Position numbers and translations under genes: made by a program. A stretch of DNA of 64,000 nucleotides, taken from the NCBI GenBank assembly GCA_950097015.1, contig CATNEN010000039.1:11780001-11844000 (forward strand), read 5' to 3'. The stretch is from Macrostomum hystrix. Lineage: Eukaryota > Animalia > Platyhelminthes. Below, piece after piece: positions 1 through 13,500 of the stretch (position 1 is its first letter; every line of letters starts with the position of its first letter). The notes under the pieces were generated by a model that saw nothing but the letters and a program-made list of their open reading frames with translations, had not been told where the DNA came from and did no database searches.

Positions 1-858
1 CCAGACTCATGATCGATCGTCTACAGCAGCTCGTGTCTTCAGACGGTCGCTTCAGAAACATGCGAGCGGCCCTTCATACGTACGATAAAAGTATTTTTTT
101 ATTGAAATCCAAGACCGAACGCTTTGCCTTGTTATAAAAACTCGTGTTCTTTGTTCAATTAATGCAGGTGTGACCCACCCTGCATTCCCTACCTGGGCAT
201 GTATCTAACTGACCTTTCCTTCATCGAGGAGGGCACGTCTAACATCACAGAGGAGGGCCTGGTCAACTTTTGCAAGATGCGAATGGTATTTTCAAATTTG
301 AGAATATTTATGAGGCAGTTAAGTGTGACTGGAAACATTGTAGTACACATAAAGACTTCAATATTTTCAGATCGCTCACGTCATCCGTGAGATTCAGCAG
401 TACCAGCAGACACCGTATCGGATCGAGTACAATGCTGTGGTGAGCGAGACGTTGACGACTCTCGACTTTTTAAATTCCTTGGAGACGGTTCTGAAGTGAG
501 GGTTGCCATGCGATCCTCGTGCCATGCGAAGGTGTTCCCCGTGAGGTGTTCCCCGTGAGGTGTTCCCCGTGAGGTGTTCCCCATGAGGTGTTCCCCGTGA
601 GGTGTTCCCCGTGAGGTGTTCCCCATGAGGTGCACCGCTTATGATGTTCCCTGTGAGGTTTTTACCCTAGAGGATCTCCGTGATTCATTGCCGTGTTTCT
701 AAGACCTAAAAAATGCCTCCAAGGCCTGCAACTACCTGCTGGACACAAGTCGCAGTCTGGACGACGAAGGCGCCTACGCCGCCTCGCTCCTGCTGGAGCC
801 CAGGGCGTCCATTTGTCCGGAGTATACTGGCACCACCGGGAGATCCACAACAAAATGA
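1..858 (+). CDS. RASGRF: Ras guanine-nucleotide releasing factor (RasGRF), C-terminal CDC25/RasGEF exons, 5'-partial
   Basis: Exons <1-79, 168-285, 371-439 and 724-858 join in frame at GT-AG sites: [115 protein letters not shown]...TGA. This closely follows the RasGRF1/2 C-terminus ([21 protein letters not shown]). Confidence 0.92.
527..660. repeat. 14-bp minisatellite (gtgaggtgttcccc)n in the last RasGRF intron
   Basis: About 8 tandem copies visible directly. Confidence 0.9.
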
Positions 859-3274
859 CGACCTACGACGGTTCGTAGTTGTGGATGAAGCGGCAAGAGA
901 AATACTGACGCTACGAGTACGAGCAATAAAAACACAAAATTTTTTTTGTTTTTTGTATTTTTTCATTTTCAGTGTCGTCCCGATTACTCAGCCTGAATTT
1001 CTACACGGTGTTTTTTTAAACAGAAGGCGTCCAAATTCTATCGAATGCTGCTACGAGTAAAACGGCCATTTTAATAACCGATCAGTTCATCGACAAAAAC
1101 CTGCAACGACAGTAGAAGTATCGAAGGGGTTTCCCCCAACCCTGAATTGAATTTGGTTGCACGTAGCAACTAGGGCTCATGAAATTCTAGAACACAGCAA
1201 AATTTTGTAGCCCGACTTCTGAAAACATGTTGAAGAGGGACGAGACATTTTTAACGATTCTAACAAACGGTTCACTTCACTAACAAACGGAACGGTGTCA
1301 TTCCGTGCACAACTTTAATCCAGTCAGCATTGTATCTCAGTGCAGCTGTTTCATTGTTTTGTCAACCCTTTTTCACGTAATTATGTAGTTCGATGGTTAA
1401 GCAGTGAGAAGGAAAGTTAGAGAGAAAGCCTGGAGAAAGTTTTAGATGGAAAATTTCTGCGAAAGCTTTGTATCATTTTTTTCTTTTTTTCTAAGAAACT
1501 TTTTGCGTATTTTTTTCATTGTCAATTGTCAAAGCAAATTTAAACAGTTCACGAAACATTTATAGATTTTCCAACACGTTGCGCATTGTAATTTCACTAA
1601 CGTTCTTATTCTGCTACTAGCAGTAATAGTAGGCAAAGACCGTAGTTTTTAGTCTGACCTAACATGCTGTATAAAAATGCATTCTTTGTATCACAAAATA
1701 TAGTCCAGTTTATTTTAGTTTCGCACTAATGTTTCTTAACATTATATTGTTTACTATCTTGTGATTTGAAATGTTGTAGTTTTACCTGAGCTTTTGAGGA
1801 CTTGGTGTGAAAGGCAATTTGTTTTTTTAACTAATATTGTCGAATTTCAAATCAGAGGGATCATTGTTGTGTAGTAGCTGTACCACTACCCACAGTTTTA
1901 TACGGCATTAGCTGATTTCAAAACCAACAGAGTAAATGCCATCTTTGCAAACTACTCTACTTAATTGTGTCCTGCTTAAGTAGTGTTTAAGCAAATTAAC
2001 AACGTTTTTATTGTTTATACTAAAAAATACATACATAGTGGCTGCAATCAAATGAGCAGGTATAGTTAGTCATGTCGAGGAAGCAGTTCATTTCCAGCTT
2101 TAGAAAATAAAAAGCAGCGCTAATATTAGAAACACTCCGTATATCACGTTTAACACTTAACACCAAGAAAATAAAAAACTTGCCCTTTAACTCGCAAAGG
2201 CTTTGTTTTAATAAAAGTAATATTTTAAATTTCGCTTGCGGTTACGCCGCCTAGAGAATCTTAGTCTTATCAGTCAATTTTCTTAAATGTAAGTATACGA
2301 TATTCTATGGGTTTGAGGTCGGTATGTGTTTAAATCCCGAGAGCCGAAGGCTCTATGGCCACTGGCAAACAACTTTTGCCATAGACAACAATCTAACAAT
2401 CAAACAGACATGTAAAAGAGCCAGTTGGTTGGCCAGTGTCTATGGCCACTGTCATGCCTCAGTCGGTTAGCCGCTTTGCGGGGTATGGGGCTTCATCAAA
2501 CTTCGAAGAATGGGGCCGAGGCCCAGAAGCGCAGTCCGAAGCCGTTCCTAGGCCATAGACAACGATTTCAGGGGGTATTTAATCCTAAAGCTTGGCCCGG
2601 CTCACGAGATTGCACTACTAAAACTGTTTACAGCGACTGTGACCATAGACAATATGTTTAATCGGCCTAGGCCGTTAAATGAGTGGCATATGCCAGTTAA
2701 ATAAAAAATATATATCTATGGTAAAAAAGATCTAGTATTTGAATGCAAATGGTAAGAAGATCAGACTGTCTATGTCATTTTCTTTTCACTTAAGCACGCT
2801 CACTTCTCCGAAAATAGAAATGCATTGCCACATACGTGGCAATTGAGCCTTGTTTTACTCTGAAACCATATGGACAACTTACCATTGTTACTCGTATAAA
2901 TTGCAGAATATGCCAGAGCAATCTAAGTCGCCGAAATTGGCTCGGAATCCTTGGAGGAGCGGCTAATCCTACGACTGAACCAACATTTGTTCCTTCCTAG
3001 CTTTGAGCAGTCGGACCGCTAACTTTGTTGATAACTATCAAATCCTTGCTCCCCGATCCGTTAGTCGAAAATTCGTCCTCGCGTTCGTTTTGTGTGAAAT
3101 CTCCGGCTTTTACTAGAAGTTAAAATAGTCCAAAGACGTCCCTGATTGTGTGAATAGACTGACCTTGACTTGTCCCATGTTCGGTTTCATCGTCAAGTCG
3201 ATGCTTTCATAATTCCTCTGTACTCGATACTAGAAACCAGTGCAGAAAATGATACAAAAAGGATGTAATTAACT

Positions 3275-3530
3275 ACAACCGTCACCTAGCCAAGTTGTGC
3301 CAGATTTACAGCCATTGGCACAGCTATTGCAACTATTACGCGGCGCTTCAAAAGGCTGTGTACAGCTGTTCAGTCCATGGACATTGTGGGCCGCCAGACC
3401 CACAAGAATTTCTATACTTTCTACACTTGCTGATGTTGCTACCAATGGCGGGAACTGAGAAACTATCGCTCTTAAGTGTCTTATTCGAGGTCGCGAATGG
3501 GTTCTCTTGCGATTCGAACTCCTGACCACT
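3275..3530 (-). mobile_element. SINE family B copy (tRNA head plus Meta/CORE-like body), diverged
   Basis: Shares ctgttcagtccatggac, cagctattgc and a reversed B-box (gattcgaactcc) with the other family B copies. Confidence 0.7.
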
Positions 3531-4624
3531 CGAAGGGAAATAATGTGGATAATAAAAGTATTTACTTTAACTATAACGCGCAGTTAAACAAGCATTTCAA
3601 TAGAGAGACTGTGGTTCGAACACAAAGTTGGCCTCTTAAAGATATCTGATGATCTCGGAATCCGATTCGAGCTTAGCCATGAATGCATTTTCTCTCCTTA
3701 CATCCTGAAAGCTGCCAGTTTAAATCCGACTTCATTTTGGACCATTTAACCCGCTCATTGTACGCCTCATTGGCTATTAAAGCATCCGCATTAATTGCGT
3801 GGCAAAGTAGGATCTCGGAAGGCTTCGGGAAACAGATGCTATTGCTAGCTTAAGTTTGGGCTGGCAGCAGACAAGAGCCTCAATCTGTTTGTCCGTCTTT
3901 TTCTTTCTTGCTCAAATGAATCTTAGACCCCAATTCTTATTTGCAATTGGAAGCAGGATCGGTCCAATGGGATTTGGGATTTAGTCTCGGGTCGCAATGC
4001 GATGCGGGCTCGCCTTTGCCAACTCGAGCGTAGAAAACAAAGAACGGGTGAGAGAGTTGGAGGAACACTTTTTGGTCGCAGTTAGTTCGGCCTAAGCCGC
4101 GTTCTGGTATCACATTTTGCAAGGAAGAAAGCGGTTCAACATTTCTCATCTTCAAATTGGTAAGTGTTGTTTCGGCCATAATATCCAAATATTGATAGAG
4201 TATAGAGGGCTGAAGTCTACGCACGGGGTACATTTACTTGTAACTGGTACCGAGTATCTGTTGCTCGAGAACCATTTCCGTATTTGTGTAGTCGTTAGTT
4301 GTAGTTGTACAGTACGCGTTTCATGGCCCGCTAGTAGCTAGTATGTGTGAATATCTATGGAGATAGACCATAGACAACGGCGCCGGTCGGTTTGTCATGA
4401 GTTTAAAAACACTTCTCTAGCCAGCATCAAGCAAGGTGCTGTGGGTTAGGCCATAGAACTGTTACCACGTACACTAAAATCGTACTTAGTGCGAATTTTA
4501 AATAAATATTATTATGCTCGAGGAGCTATTTTTATTGAAATACAACTCGCAACTTTGCCGTCCTGTACCGATTCGGTTTCGTGTAGCAATTGAATTAATA
4601 ATAATAATAATAATTTATTATACA

Positions 4625-4890
4625 TGCCGTGATTAAGAGAGATGTGCAGCTAACAGTACAGCTGCAGCTATTGCGCTGCGCATCAGAATGCTGCGTACGG
4701 CTGTTCAGTCCATGGACTGCGGGTAAGCCACCCCCACCCTCAGTTAACCCAGCTAATGCTGCTACTCAATTAACAGCTGGGTGAACTGAAGCAATGCAGA
4801 GTTAAGTGTCTCGCTAAAGGACACAAATTGTTTTCTTTTTATTCGGGAATCGAACCCCGAACTACATGTCCTGAGTCCATTAGCGATTGC
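4625..4890 (-). mobile_element. SINE family B copy
   Basis: ggctgttcagtccatggactg ... cagctgggtgaactgaagcaatgcagagttaagtgtct ... gggaatcgaacccc (B-box on the minus strand), with an (aat)n tail upstream. Confidence 0.85.
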
Positions 4891-7800
4891 GATTCTAATT
4901 TGCGATTGGAAAGCCAGGATACATGCACGCATACAACTGACCAACATTACGTAGTGAAATCACGGGGCAATTAATGAGTTTGTTTAGTTTAAAACTTATA
5001 TATCAGCATAAATTCGGCTTTGATCATTTTTATAAGTTTTGCGTATTTAAGTAGTCCTCTTGCGCAAATTTTGCATGACAAAATCATCCTTTGATAGGGT
5101 TTAGAGAGCTGTGTTGGTTTATCCCTTTGATAAAATCTTCCCTGATTCTCTACCGTCGCAGAAAAGAGTCGACTTAAGAACTCTCGAGATTAACATGAGT
5201 CGGTGGTGCATCTAGAGGTTGATGAAGAGCAATTTGAGCACTAACGCGGAACAAAAAGAGCAGTCAGCACGCGTTTATTAAATAATTTAAGCAACACAGC
5301 ATGCAGCGATACAGGCAAATCCACTTTCATTAATTGCTTATTCAATGAAGCATAATAGGAAGTTTAACTTTAGTTTTTCACGTTCGGCATTAGCTGGCCT
5401 AGCTATCGTCGTGCAAAAAAGATGACTATCGGGAGATAGATGAGAAATTCACTTTATGGGTTTTACATCTATTGGATCAATAATTACGCCAATGACTGTA
5501 AAAATTTTCTGAATTGAGATTCCAGAGATAGCAATATTACGACTATGGACAAGACACTTAATTCCCATGTGATTCAGGGTTACCAGGATCCGATTGAGTG
5601 GGCGTGTTCGGAGCACCCAGCTAATTATAACGCTGGTCATCAAGATTTAATTCTTAAAGAAGTTCAGTTGATAAACAACTCTCTTTCGTGTACTATTTTT
5701 AAAGCAGCCGTTGATTGTACTAGGTGGGTTCTGTATAGAATAAACGCAGTATGAAAGGTCGCAGCAGAAAACCCAGTCCCGACGCCCAGACAGACGCGAG
5801 TCTAAGCGAAGCTTTCCAAAACAATATGACGCAGACGTTGCGCGTAATTGCTTTCATAAATTCTCACCTGACAGCTTCTGTCAGGTGGAAAGAAAAGAGA
5901 TGGATTGAACCATTCTTTCACGGGAGGGGAGCCAGAATTAAGAGCTCGAGTCTGTTAACGGAGGGGCTCGGGTGTGGACTCAGATAAGACAGAAGCAACA
6001 GATAAAATAATTGTCCATTCGCTGTTTTACCAACTCCGATTAGCTAAGCTCTTTCAGAGCAGGGGTGGACCCTCTTTCAGACGCGAAATCAGAGACTGAA
6101 AGAGAGAGAAACGAGAAACGGTCTAGCAGGCGATCTATACATTTTCTTCTTTCGAATCTCAGGCTTGCAGCCCCTCTTGTGAAGCGCTACTGTGTTATCT
6201 TTTGTGTCCTTTGCCTCAGGGTGAAAAGAAGAACAGAGAAAATGGCCAGAGAGAGGCTCTGGGGAAGAGATATTTCTGCTTCAGCATTTTGAGCTCATTT
6301 TGAGTCGCACAGTGAGAGACACAGGCCCCACCCCCACTCCGCCAGCTTCGTCCTAGCCAGTGACTAGAGCCCTTTAACCAGCAGGGCCACCCCTTGCCCA
6401 TTTTCTCTCAGTTTTTTTGCTAGCTCTTTATCAGCGGTTCTGTCATGTCACAGCGGTTCGGTTCAGGAGAAACAAGAGCGGGTGAAGCTTGCGACAGCAC
6501 TATACAAGCCAACCCCTGCCTCCGTCTCTATAGCTTTGCTTGAAGTAACTCATTGCAAAGATTTATTCCATTGGCACTGCTTGGAAGCTGGAAACTTACT
6601 ATATTAATAGCTCCAGTCTGACTGCACACACCGCTACAAAACAAGTTTTCGCAATAAAACGAGGTCAGCTCATTGGCGGCATGTCTGCTCCTTATTTTGC
6701 GCACCTTCATCAGGTTGTCCTCCTGCAATCAATTTAGATTAACTCGTATTTTGATACTCAATAGAAACTCGGTGCCAGACGCAAGTAACAGGCCGCAAAA
6801 AAGTAACGGAAGTATTCTCGTCACATTTTAGAAAGGTAGGCCCAACAGTTTTATAAGAGCATTTTATAAACACTTTTATAAGAAAATCTACCTGAAATTT
6901 TAGATTTGGATTTTATTAGGTAAATTAAATATTATTTATTTTAGTGTTACATAAACGCATAAGGCAAGGTAATTGTGGCGGGACAGATTTTTTGCATATT
7001 TTATCTGCCTGCCGCTGTTTGCACACCGTCAGAAGACAGAAGACAGAACAGCGATGCGTTTGGTAACTCTCTGAGTTATCATCGTTTACATTGTCGGAGT
7101 CCATTGCAGTCACACACAGAGGGCCCACCCGAAGCACAATGGCACATACACCGAGTTTTCGCCAACTTTAGCACGTTCGAACAAAAAATTGAGCAAACAA
7201 GAAAAAATATTTTTGCCTCTGATGCAACTCGAAGTGGCTGAGTAGCAAACAATGCTCTTCTCGATGCATGAAGGAAATTATCCATCGTTGCATAGTTGCA
7301 TAGTTGTATAGTTACTAAAGCATTTCCCTTGCACGGTTTTTTATCAGTGTCATGTTTTGTACGATCTAAATTTATTATGAAGCGACTACAAAACTGTAGT
7401 TTTTTTTTCAAAAATCCCGGAATCTGTATTCCCGATTTATTTTTGTTAACGGGATAAATTTCTATAGCTACTGGTCAATCAACTCAATAATTTTCCCAAC
7501 TGGGCCTCCTAATATTGATCCGGGAATTTAATCTTGTCTGTTTGAAGTATTCATTCTCACTACTTAATCCCGGTGTGATCAATCTTTAAAAATAGCAGAT
7601 TTCCGACAGATTGGCAAAAAACTATTAAATTGAGAGAATAAATTGCGATCAAAATTACCCGAAAGACTGCATAATGTATTGACCGGGCCGCAATATTAAA
7701 CATTATTCGATCTGTAACCTAGTGTCAGAAAAGAATCAATTTCCATAGCCTCATCAATAGACTGTATTTCTACTTCAGCTACGTAATTCTTAGGTAAAAT

Positions 7801-8046
7801 ATCAAGAATATTTCTGCACTTTCAGGTAGATCCATAGCCCATAGTGCATTAGAAAATTCAAGGCCCTTAAAAATTAGGCTACCCAAGAGTTTTTTAATGT
7901 ATGATTGCTCGATTTTAAAGCTGAATTCTCGTGGGAAATGTGCAGCTTTTTACTTCGTAGTAAATAAAAATGAAACATTTTTTGATAACTAAATACTAAT
8001 CTAAATTTAACATTCTTTCTATACCCCAGCTCAACCAGCTCACGCC

Positions 8047-9156
8047 ATGACAAGCAGTCATCAGACAGTGACCGTGCCCGACTCCCTTGCCGACGCTTCA
8101 ACTGACATTTGTCGCGACTTCCTTCGACATGTCTGCAAACGCGGCCGTCGCTGCCGCTACCGACACCCGGAGTCCTCCGGATCCACCGGTTCCCCGCCAC
8201 CTTTTCTGTCCTCCTCGTCCACCGAGTCCTCGCCAACAGCAGCCGCTGCGCTGCTGGTGTTCTGCCACGATTACCAGAACGGTGGCTGCCAAAGACCAGC
8301 TTGCCGATTCGTTCACTGCAGCCGGGAAGAGGAGGCCATCTTCAGGGCCACCGGCAGGCTACCAGACCGTCTGCTGACCGGCCTGCCAAGTGACCTTCTA
8401 GCAGTGACTAATCCTGAGGAGCCTCCAGTGTGCAAGGACCATCTGAAGGGCGAGTGCAAACGTGGCGCGCGCTGTCGTTTTAGACACCTAGACGCCGTCT
8501 CAGCTGCGGGATCTTTAACGATGCCAAATCCAGCTGCCGCTGCAGCCGCAGCAGCTGCAGCCGCAGCGGCAGCCTCGATGCCGACTTTGCTTTTGCCGCC
8601 CGACTTCCTGACGCAAGCATCGGCAGCTACATTAGATCCGTCGACAATGCTGATGATGTTCGGCGCTGGGGTTGGCTTCGGCGATGCGCCACTACTGAAG
8701 AGACGCCGCTTAGATTTCGAAGCTCAGCAGCAGCAGCAGCAGCTGCCACCGTTGACTTTTCTTCAAGCGACGATGCAGTCGACACTTTCAGCACAGCAGT
8801 CGGCTCCCGGATTGACGCAACTGGACGCAACGGTCTCGACGCTGCAGGCTGAGAATGCTTCGTTGCGTCGTCGTCTCGAAGAGCTCCGTCGGCAGTGCCT
8901 AGAGCTGACTGCCGCCAACGAGCATCTGAATCAACAGAATGCTCGGCTTAGACAGCACCAGGCTCCATCATCTCAGCAGCAGCAGTTTGACACGCTGTCC
9001 TCAGCAGCTGTGTCCCTAGCAGGCTACGCGGAATTCGCTGCAGCAGCAGCGCCGCCGATTTTTGCGTTCCCGCAAGCGCAGCAGCAGCCCCCGGTCCTGA
9101 CCGCGACAGCAGTCAATCCTGGCAAGTCATTGGCGCAGCTTAGCCACCTGCAATGA
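8047..9156 (+). CDS. ZC3H10: Zinc finger CCCH domain-containing protein 10-like, single coding exon, 369 aa
   Basis: Three CCCH fingers (DICRDFLRHVCKRGRRCRYRHP; FCHDYQNGGCQRPACRFVHC; PVCKDHLKGECKRGARCRFRH), a KRRR basic motif and a C-terminal coiled coil (LQAENASLRRRLEELRRQCLELTAANEHL). This is the ZC3H10 architecture. AATAAA near 9503. Confidence 0.9.
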   Translation: MTSSHQTVTVPDSLADASTDICRDFLRHVCKRGRRCRYRHPESSGSTGSPPPFLSSSSTESSPTAAAALLVFCHDYQNGGCQRPACRFVHCSREEEAIFRATGRLPDRLLTGLPSDLLAVTNPEEPPVCKDHLKGECKRGARCRFRHLDAVSAAGSLTMPNPAAAAAAAAAAAAAASMPTLLLPPDFLTQASAATLDPSTMLMMFGAGVGFGDAPLLKRRRLDFEAQQQQQQLPPLTFLQATMQSTLSAQQSAPGLTQLDATVSTLQAENASLRRRLEELRRQCLELTAANEHLNQQNARLRQHQAPSSQQQQFDTLSSAAVSLAGYAEFAAAAAPPIFAFPQAQQQPPVLTATAVNPGKSLAQLSHLQ

Positions 9157-10560
9157 GAGCTTCCACTTTAATAGTAATCATAATTTCCTTTTACTGGAAT
9201 AACATCCAACTTGGCTTAGTATCATTTGGATCTAGTTTATGATAAACACTTTCTTTCACTTAAATTAGCTTTTGCCCGAAATTTGTCTATCACAGTACGC
9301 AGATATTGTACATAAAGCTTGGCTTCCGTATTGAACCCTAATTATTAAGAAGCTACATTTCAATGCAGCCCATATATTCATGTCGCCAAGGTATTCTCTA
9401 TATTTGATGTGGCGCACTCGTAATTCCCCCGATTAATTTAACTCTCAAAAACGTCACAGCTTTCCAAAGGGACGGCAAATGATTTTATTTAGTGATTGTT
9501 CCAATAAACAAACCAGTAAAATATATTTTGTGTTCCCTGTTCGATTTCACCAAAAAAACTTCAATATCAGCCGCCTAAATTGAATTTTCTTTACTAAACA
9601 TGTGACCACTTATCCCGTCTTTCCTATTCCGACCCGATCAAAATGGAACTTATCGAAAGGACTTTTTTTCGCCGCCGCAAAAAGAGCACGTGACGGATCC
9701 GCTTCGAGCTTTTTATAAATACGAGGTACATAAATAAATAAATACATTGTTTGACTGTGACTAATCCAAATAGTTTTTTATACGCATACTCCAACCTTTA
9801 TTTATGTGTTGAGTTTTAAAAAAAGTTAAGTTCTGAAATTCGGACGCATTTTTCTAATCTCTTTGTCAGGTTTTATCACTCACATTAGACCGTAAAGTCG
9901 GTTGATGCATTTGAAAAAATAGCTAAACTTTTCATGCTCTTGATCTAAAACTAAAGCAGGCAGTAAAAATGAAAACGAAAACTTGCGCAAAACGAACGCT
10001 TGCAGCAATAAAAGCGCGAACACTCTGTTATTATACAGCATGTCGGATGAAGCCTTAAGTTAACAATTGATCAATGAAGCCTTGAAAAATAACCGATAAC
10101 TGAGCACACTTTTATGACTTCGAATTCTGTCAAGCTCATTTAGAAGTCTTGCAAGTATATTAGTTCCCTTACTAGAATACATGTACTATTAGGCTACTAG
10201 GCCATTTACCTTTACCGGTGCAGAGTTGGCCCAGCCAAGCATTGGAAACTGAAAGCAAAAAGTCCCTGCAGCAAAGGCTTCTATTACGAACAGATAAAAA
10301 ACTATACGCATAATTTAGTAGGAGGGGCTCCTGCTTACAATTGATTACAAAATCGAAAATTTCGCAAACTGAAAACAAGCAACAAAACGTTCCGATAGAA
10401 GAAGCAAAAAAGAATAACATTGATCCCGAAGAAAACCAAGCGAAGCATCAATCTCCAAGAGGTTATTTAGCACTGAAGCACATCATAAGTAGTTTAAAAT
10501 ATTGCTATGATATTTATGATGCTAACGACGATTAATTGAGGCCATCAACCCATTGCAATA

Positions 10561-13500
10561 TCATTCGAGCTGCAAGTACTGCGCTGGCACAAGTCCACGT
10601 TTCCCGTTCACTTCGGCGTTGTACATGCCGTCCGGTCTGACTGGCCCAAAAGTGGTGACGTCATCGCCCCGGTGAAGCTCCAGTTCGTATGAGGGAAAAG
10701 CCGACGGCGAGTTTAATCCGGGCTGATAGTCATAGAGAGCTTTGCGCACGAACGGCTGCGGCGTCACCGAGTGCGCATCCGGAGGTGGGTCCTTTGATCG
10801 TGGCTCCGGCTGCTGCTGCTGCTGCTGCTCCTGCTGCTGCTGCTGAGAAGGAGCCTGATGATGTGTTGGTTGCGTTCGTTCTCTTACCACAGGCTCGGGT
10901 CCAAATTGCTTCTCTTTGTCGTTTTCTGGTAGAGACTGAGTCTGCCAGTGGGGCTGTAGCGCAGAAACCGTTGGCGGGGTCGGCTGCTGCTGCTGTTGCT
11001 GCGATTGTTCAGCCTTAGTGTCCAGCTGTGCCATCCTGGACACTTCACCGTCGTAGCCAAATGATTGGACGCCAACCCGTGCCACTGGTAGCCCGATGCC
11101 TCTCGATACGAGCGACTTAGTCAGTCGAGAACTGCCGACCGACTGCTCCTCGATGTCATTGATGAACACTTTGTAGCCGGCAACAACAATGCCGCGATTG
11201 CGGTCCAGTTGGTCTAACTGAGGCGTGTCCCACTCAACAAGCACACTGCCGTCGGCTAGGGTTCTTGCTCTTACATTTACCGGTGGGTCCAGCTGCACGC
11301 TTTCTTCTTGCTGATCGACACCTGTAAATGGATTTCTTATACCTTCACTTTGTGGCCTTGTTTCATAGGGTCTCACTGGGCTTTGGCCTCTGGGACTCTG
11401 CGAAGCTAGGTTGCTTGACTGAGGCAGTTCTCTTCGAGGACTTTCCTGAAGACGAGGCTTATACGTTTGTGGTTGCGTGTTGCCTGGTTGCCGCTGATCC
11501 TCTACTTCAGGGCCTTTCTGATGGTGCGGCTCTTGAGACCTCGGTTTAATGTTGCTCGGCTGTCTGTCATACGCTCGCATGTCTCTTCGAGGACTCTCCT
11601 GACGTCGTGGCTCATGGACCTCTGGTTCTTCGTCGTTTCTAGGATGCCCACTGTAGGCCCAAGGTTCCTCTCTTTGTTGAATGTCTTGATGTCGTGGTTC
11701 ATAGAATTGATCGGGTTCCTCGAGATTTCTAGATTGTCTTTCATATGCCGATGGATCGTCTCTACGCGGACTCTTTTGACGCCGGGACTCATGGGCCTGT
11801 GGTTCTTCGTGCCTTCGAGGTTGCGTGTGATACGTTCGAGGATCATTTCTTCGAAGATTTTCTGGGCTTGGCGTATTGTCGCTGGGTTCATAATAGTTTG
11901 ACTGGGAAATAGCGTTAACTGGCTGCTTGTCTAGCAAGTTTGAAGTCACTTTTCTTGGAGTCTCTGGGCGTTGCTGTGAGTAGTTTTGCGGCTCAAAAGG
12001 ATGATGATAATGCTCACGATTGGGACTCTCGCGTCTTACAGGCTCGTAAGTCTTTTGCTCAGGAATATCGTTAAGCTCTCGATTGCGCAATTTAGGATCG
12101 TTTCTTCGAGGACTCGAGCCCTGCCGAGCTGCAGGTTCGTACTTTGGCTGATCTCGATTGCTGTCTGATGGAGGACCAAATGCTCCTCTTCGAGGACTCT
12201 CGCGGCGTTTAGGTTCAACGGCACGACTATCTTGGCGAATCGGGCTGTGTGTCATTGGCTTTTCTTTGGTGTGCTTCTGGTAGCGTCCAGGACTGTTTCT
12301 CCTCGATGGCTCATTCGGTGGGTTTGAAGAGTCTTCGAAATTTCTCGGTTGCTGGTTGTGTCTCTCGTTTTGGTTTGTCTCAAATGGATTTGGCCGGTTA
12401 GATTCCGAGGATATTGGTCCTTGGGGCTGCACAGCTGCTGCCTGCGCTGCTGTAGACCTTCTAGCTGGCTCATAGGCAGCGATTGGCGAGCTAGTGCCCA
12501 TTGCATCCCGACGGGACAAACGAGGTTGCTTACCATCAGTCCCAGTCAGTTCCATCGGATCCACATAATCTTCAACAAAGAGTCCCTGATTGCGATCGGC
12601 CTCTTGCAGCAGCTCACGCGGAAGGCGATCTCCGCCAGAGCGTAGTTCGTTTGCGAGACGTCTGATGAGATCGTCCTTCTCCTTGCACCGGTCCTGCAGG
12701 CGCTCCAGCCGGGGTCGAAGCTTCGCCAATGCAACTTCGTCAGCCCGAAGAGCTTTGTCAACCTCCTCGTAGCGCTGCTTCAATCGGCGGAAGTCATTGT
12801 CTAGATCGCGATAAAACTGGTTCTCTTTTTCTAACTCACCTAAGACTTCCTGCAGCCTGCTTAGTTCTCGTTGCATTCCAGCCTCATCCGCTAGCGTATC
12901 CTTCATTCTGTCTCGAAGCTGTTGAGTTTGGGTTAGAAGATCTCTGCGCTCCTTCAGCACCTGGTTCTTGTCTTTAAGAGCGGACTTCAGATCCGCAACC
13001 AAACCATCAAGAACTTCCTTATCCTTTTTTACGGCCTCAAGTTGAGCAACCTTTCCTTCAAGCGTCCGCACAGCTTCTGCCATATAAGCCTTCTCATCCT
13101 GCAGATTTCGGCATCGTTCTCTGACATCCGAAAGTTGCTGATTTTGTTCTCGAAGCAACTTAGCCTCACGTTCTGCCGCTTTAGCATGACTTTCGGCAAC
13201 TGTGAGCTCATTTCGCAAGCCTCCGATGGTCTGATTGGCACTTGCCAATTCATTAGCTAGTTGACTAAGCCGATCTTCTTTAGACTTTACTTCGCGCTCT
13301 TTGCGACTAAGAGTGCCCTGCAGATTGCGCAACTCGTTACGCAGCGCGTCTGTCTCCAAACCGGCCGTTGCGAGCTCGTCTTTGACTCTATCCAGCTCTT
13401 CGCTCACGGACTGGAGCCGTTCGCCTTCGCGCAGAGCCCGCTGAGCTGCCAGCACGCGCTCGAGATTGTCAACCTCCGATTGTAGCTGCATCACAAGTCT

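Noticed and set aside
5449-5987. Short ORFs, including a TGA-interrupted frame upstream of 5545 (selenoprotein or pseudogene idea)
   Set aside because: No recognisable domain, redox motif, splice structure or SECIS element could be supported.
6060-6518. hAT-like MITE (caggggtgg ... caacccctg)
   Set aside because: The inverted repeat is only 8/9 bp and there is no 8-bp target-site duplication.
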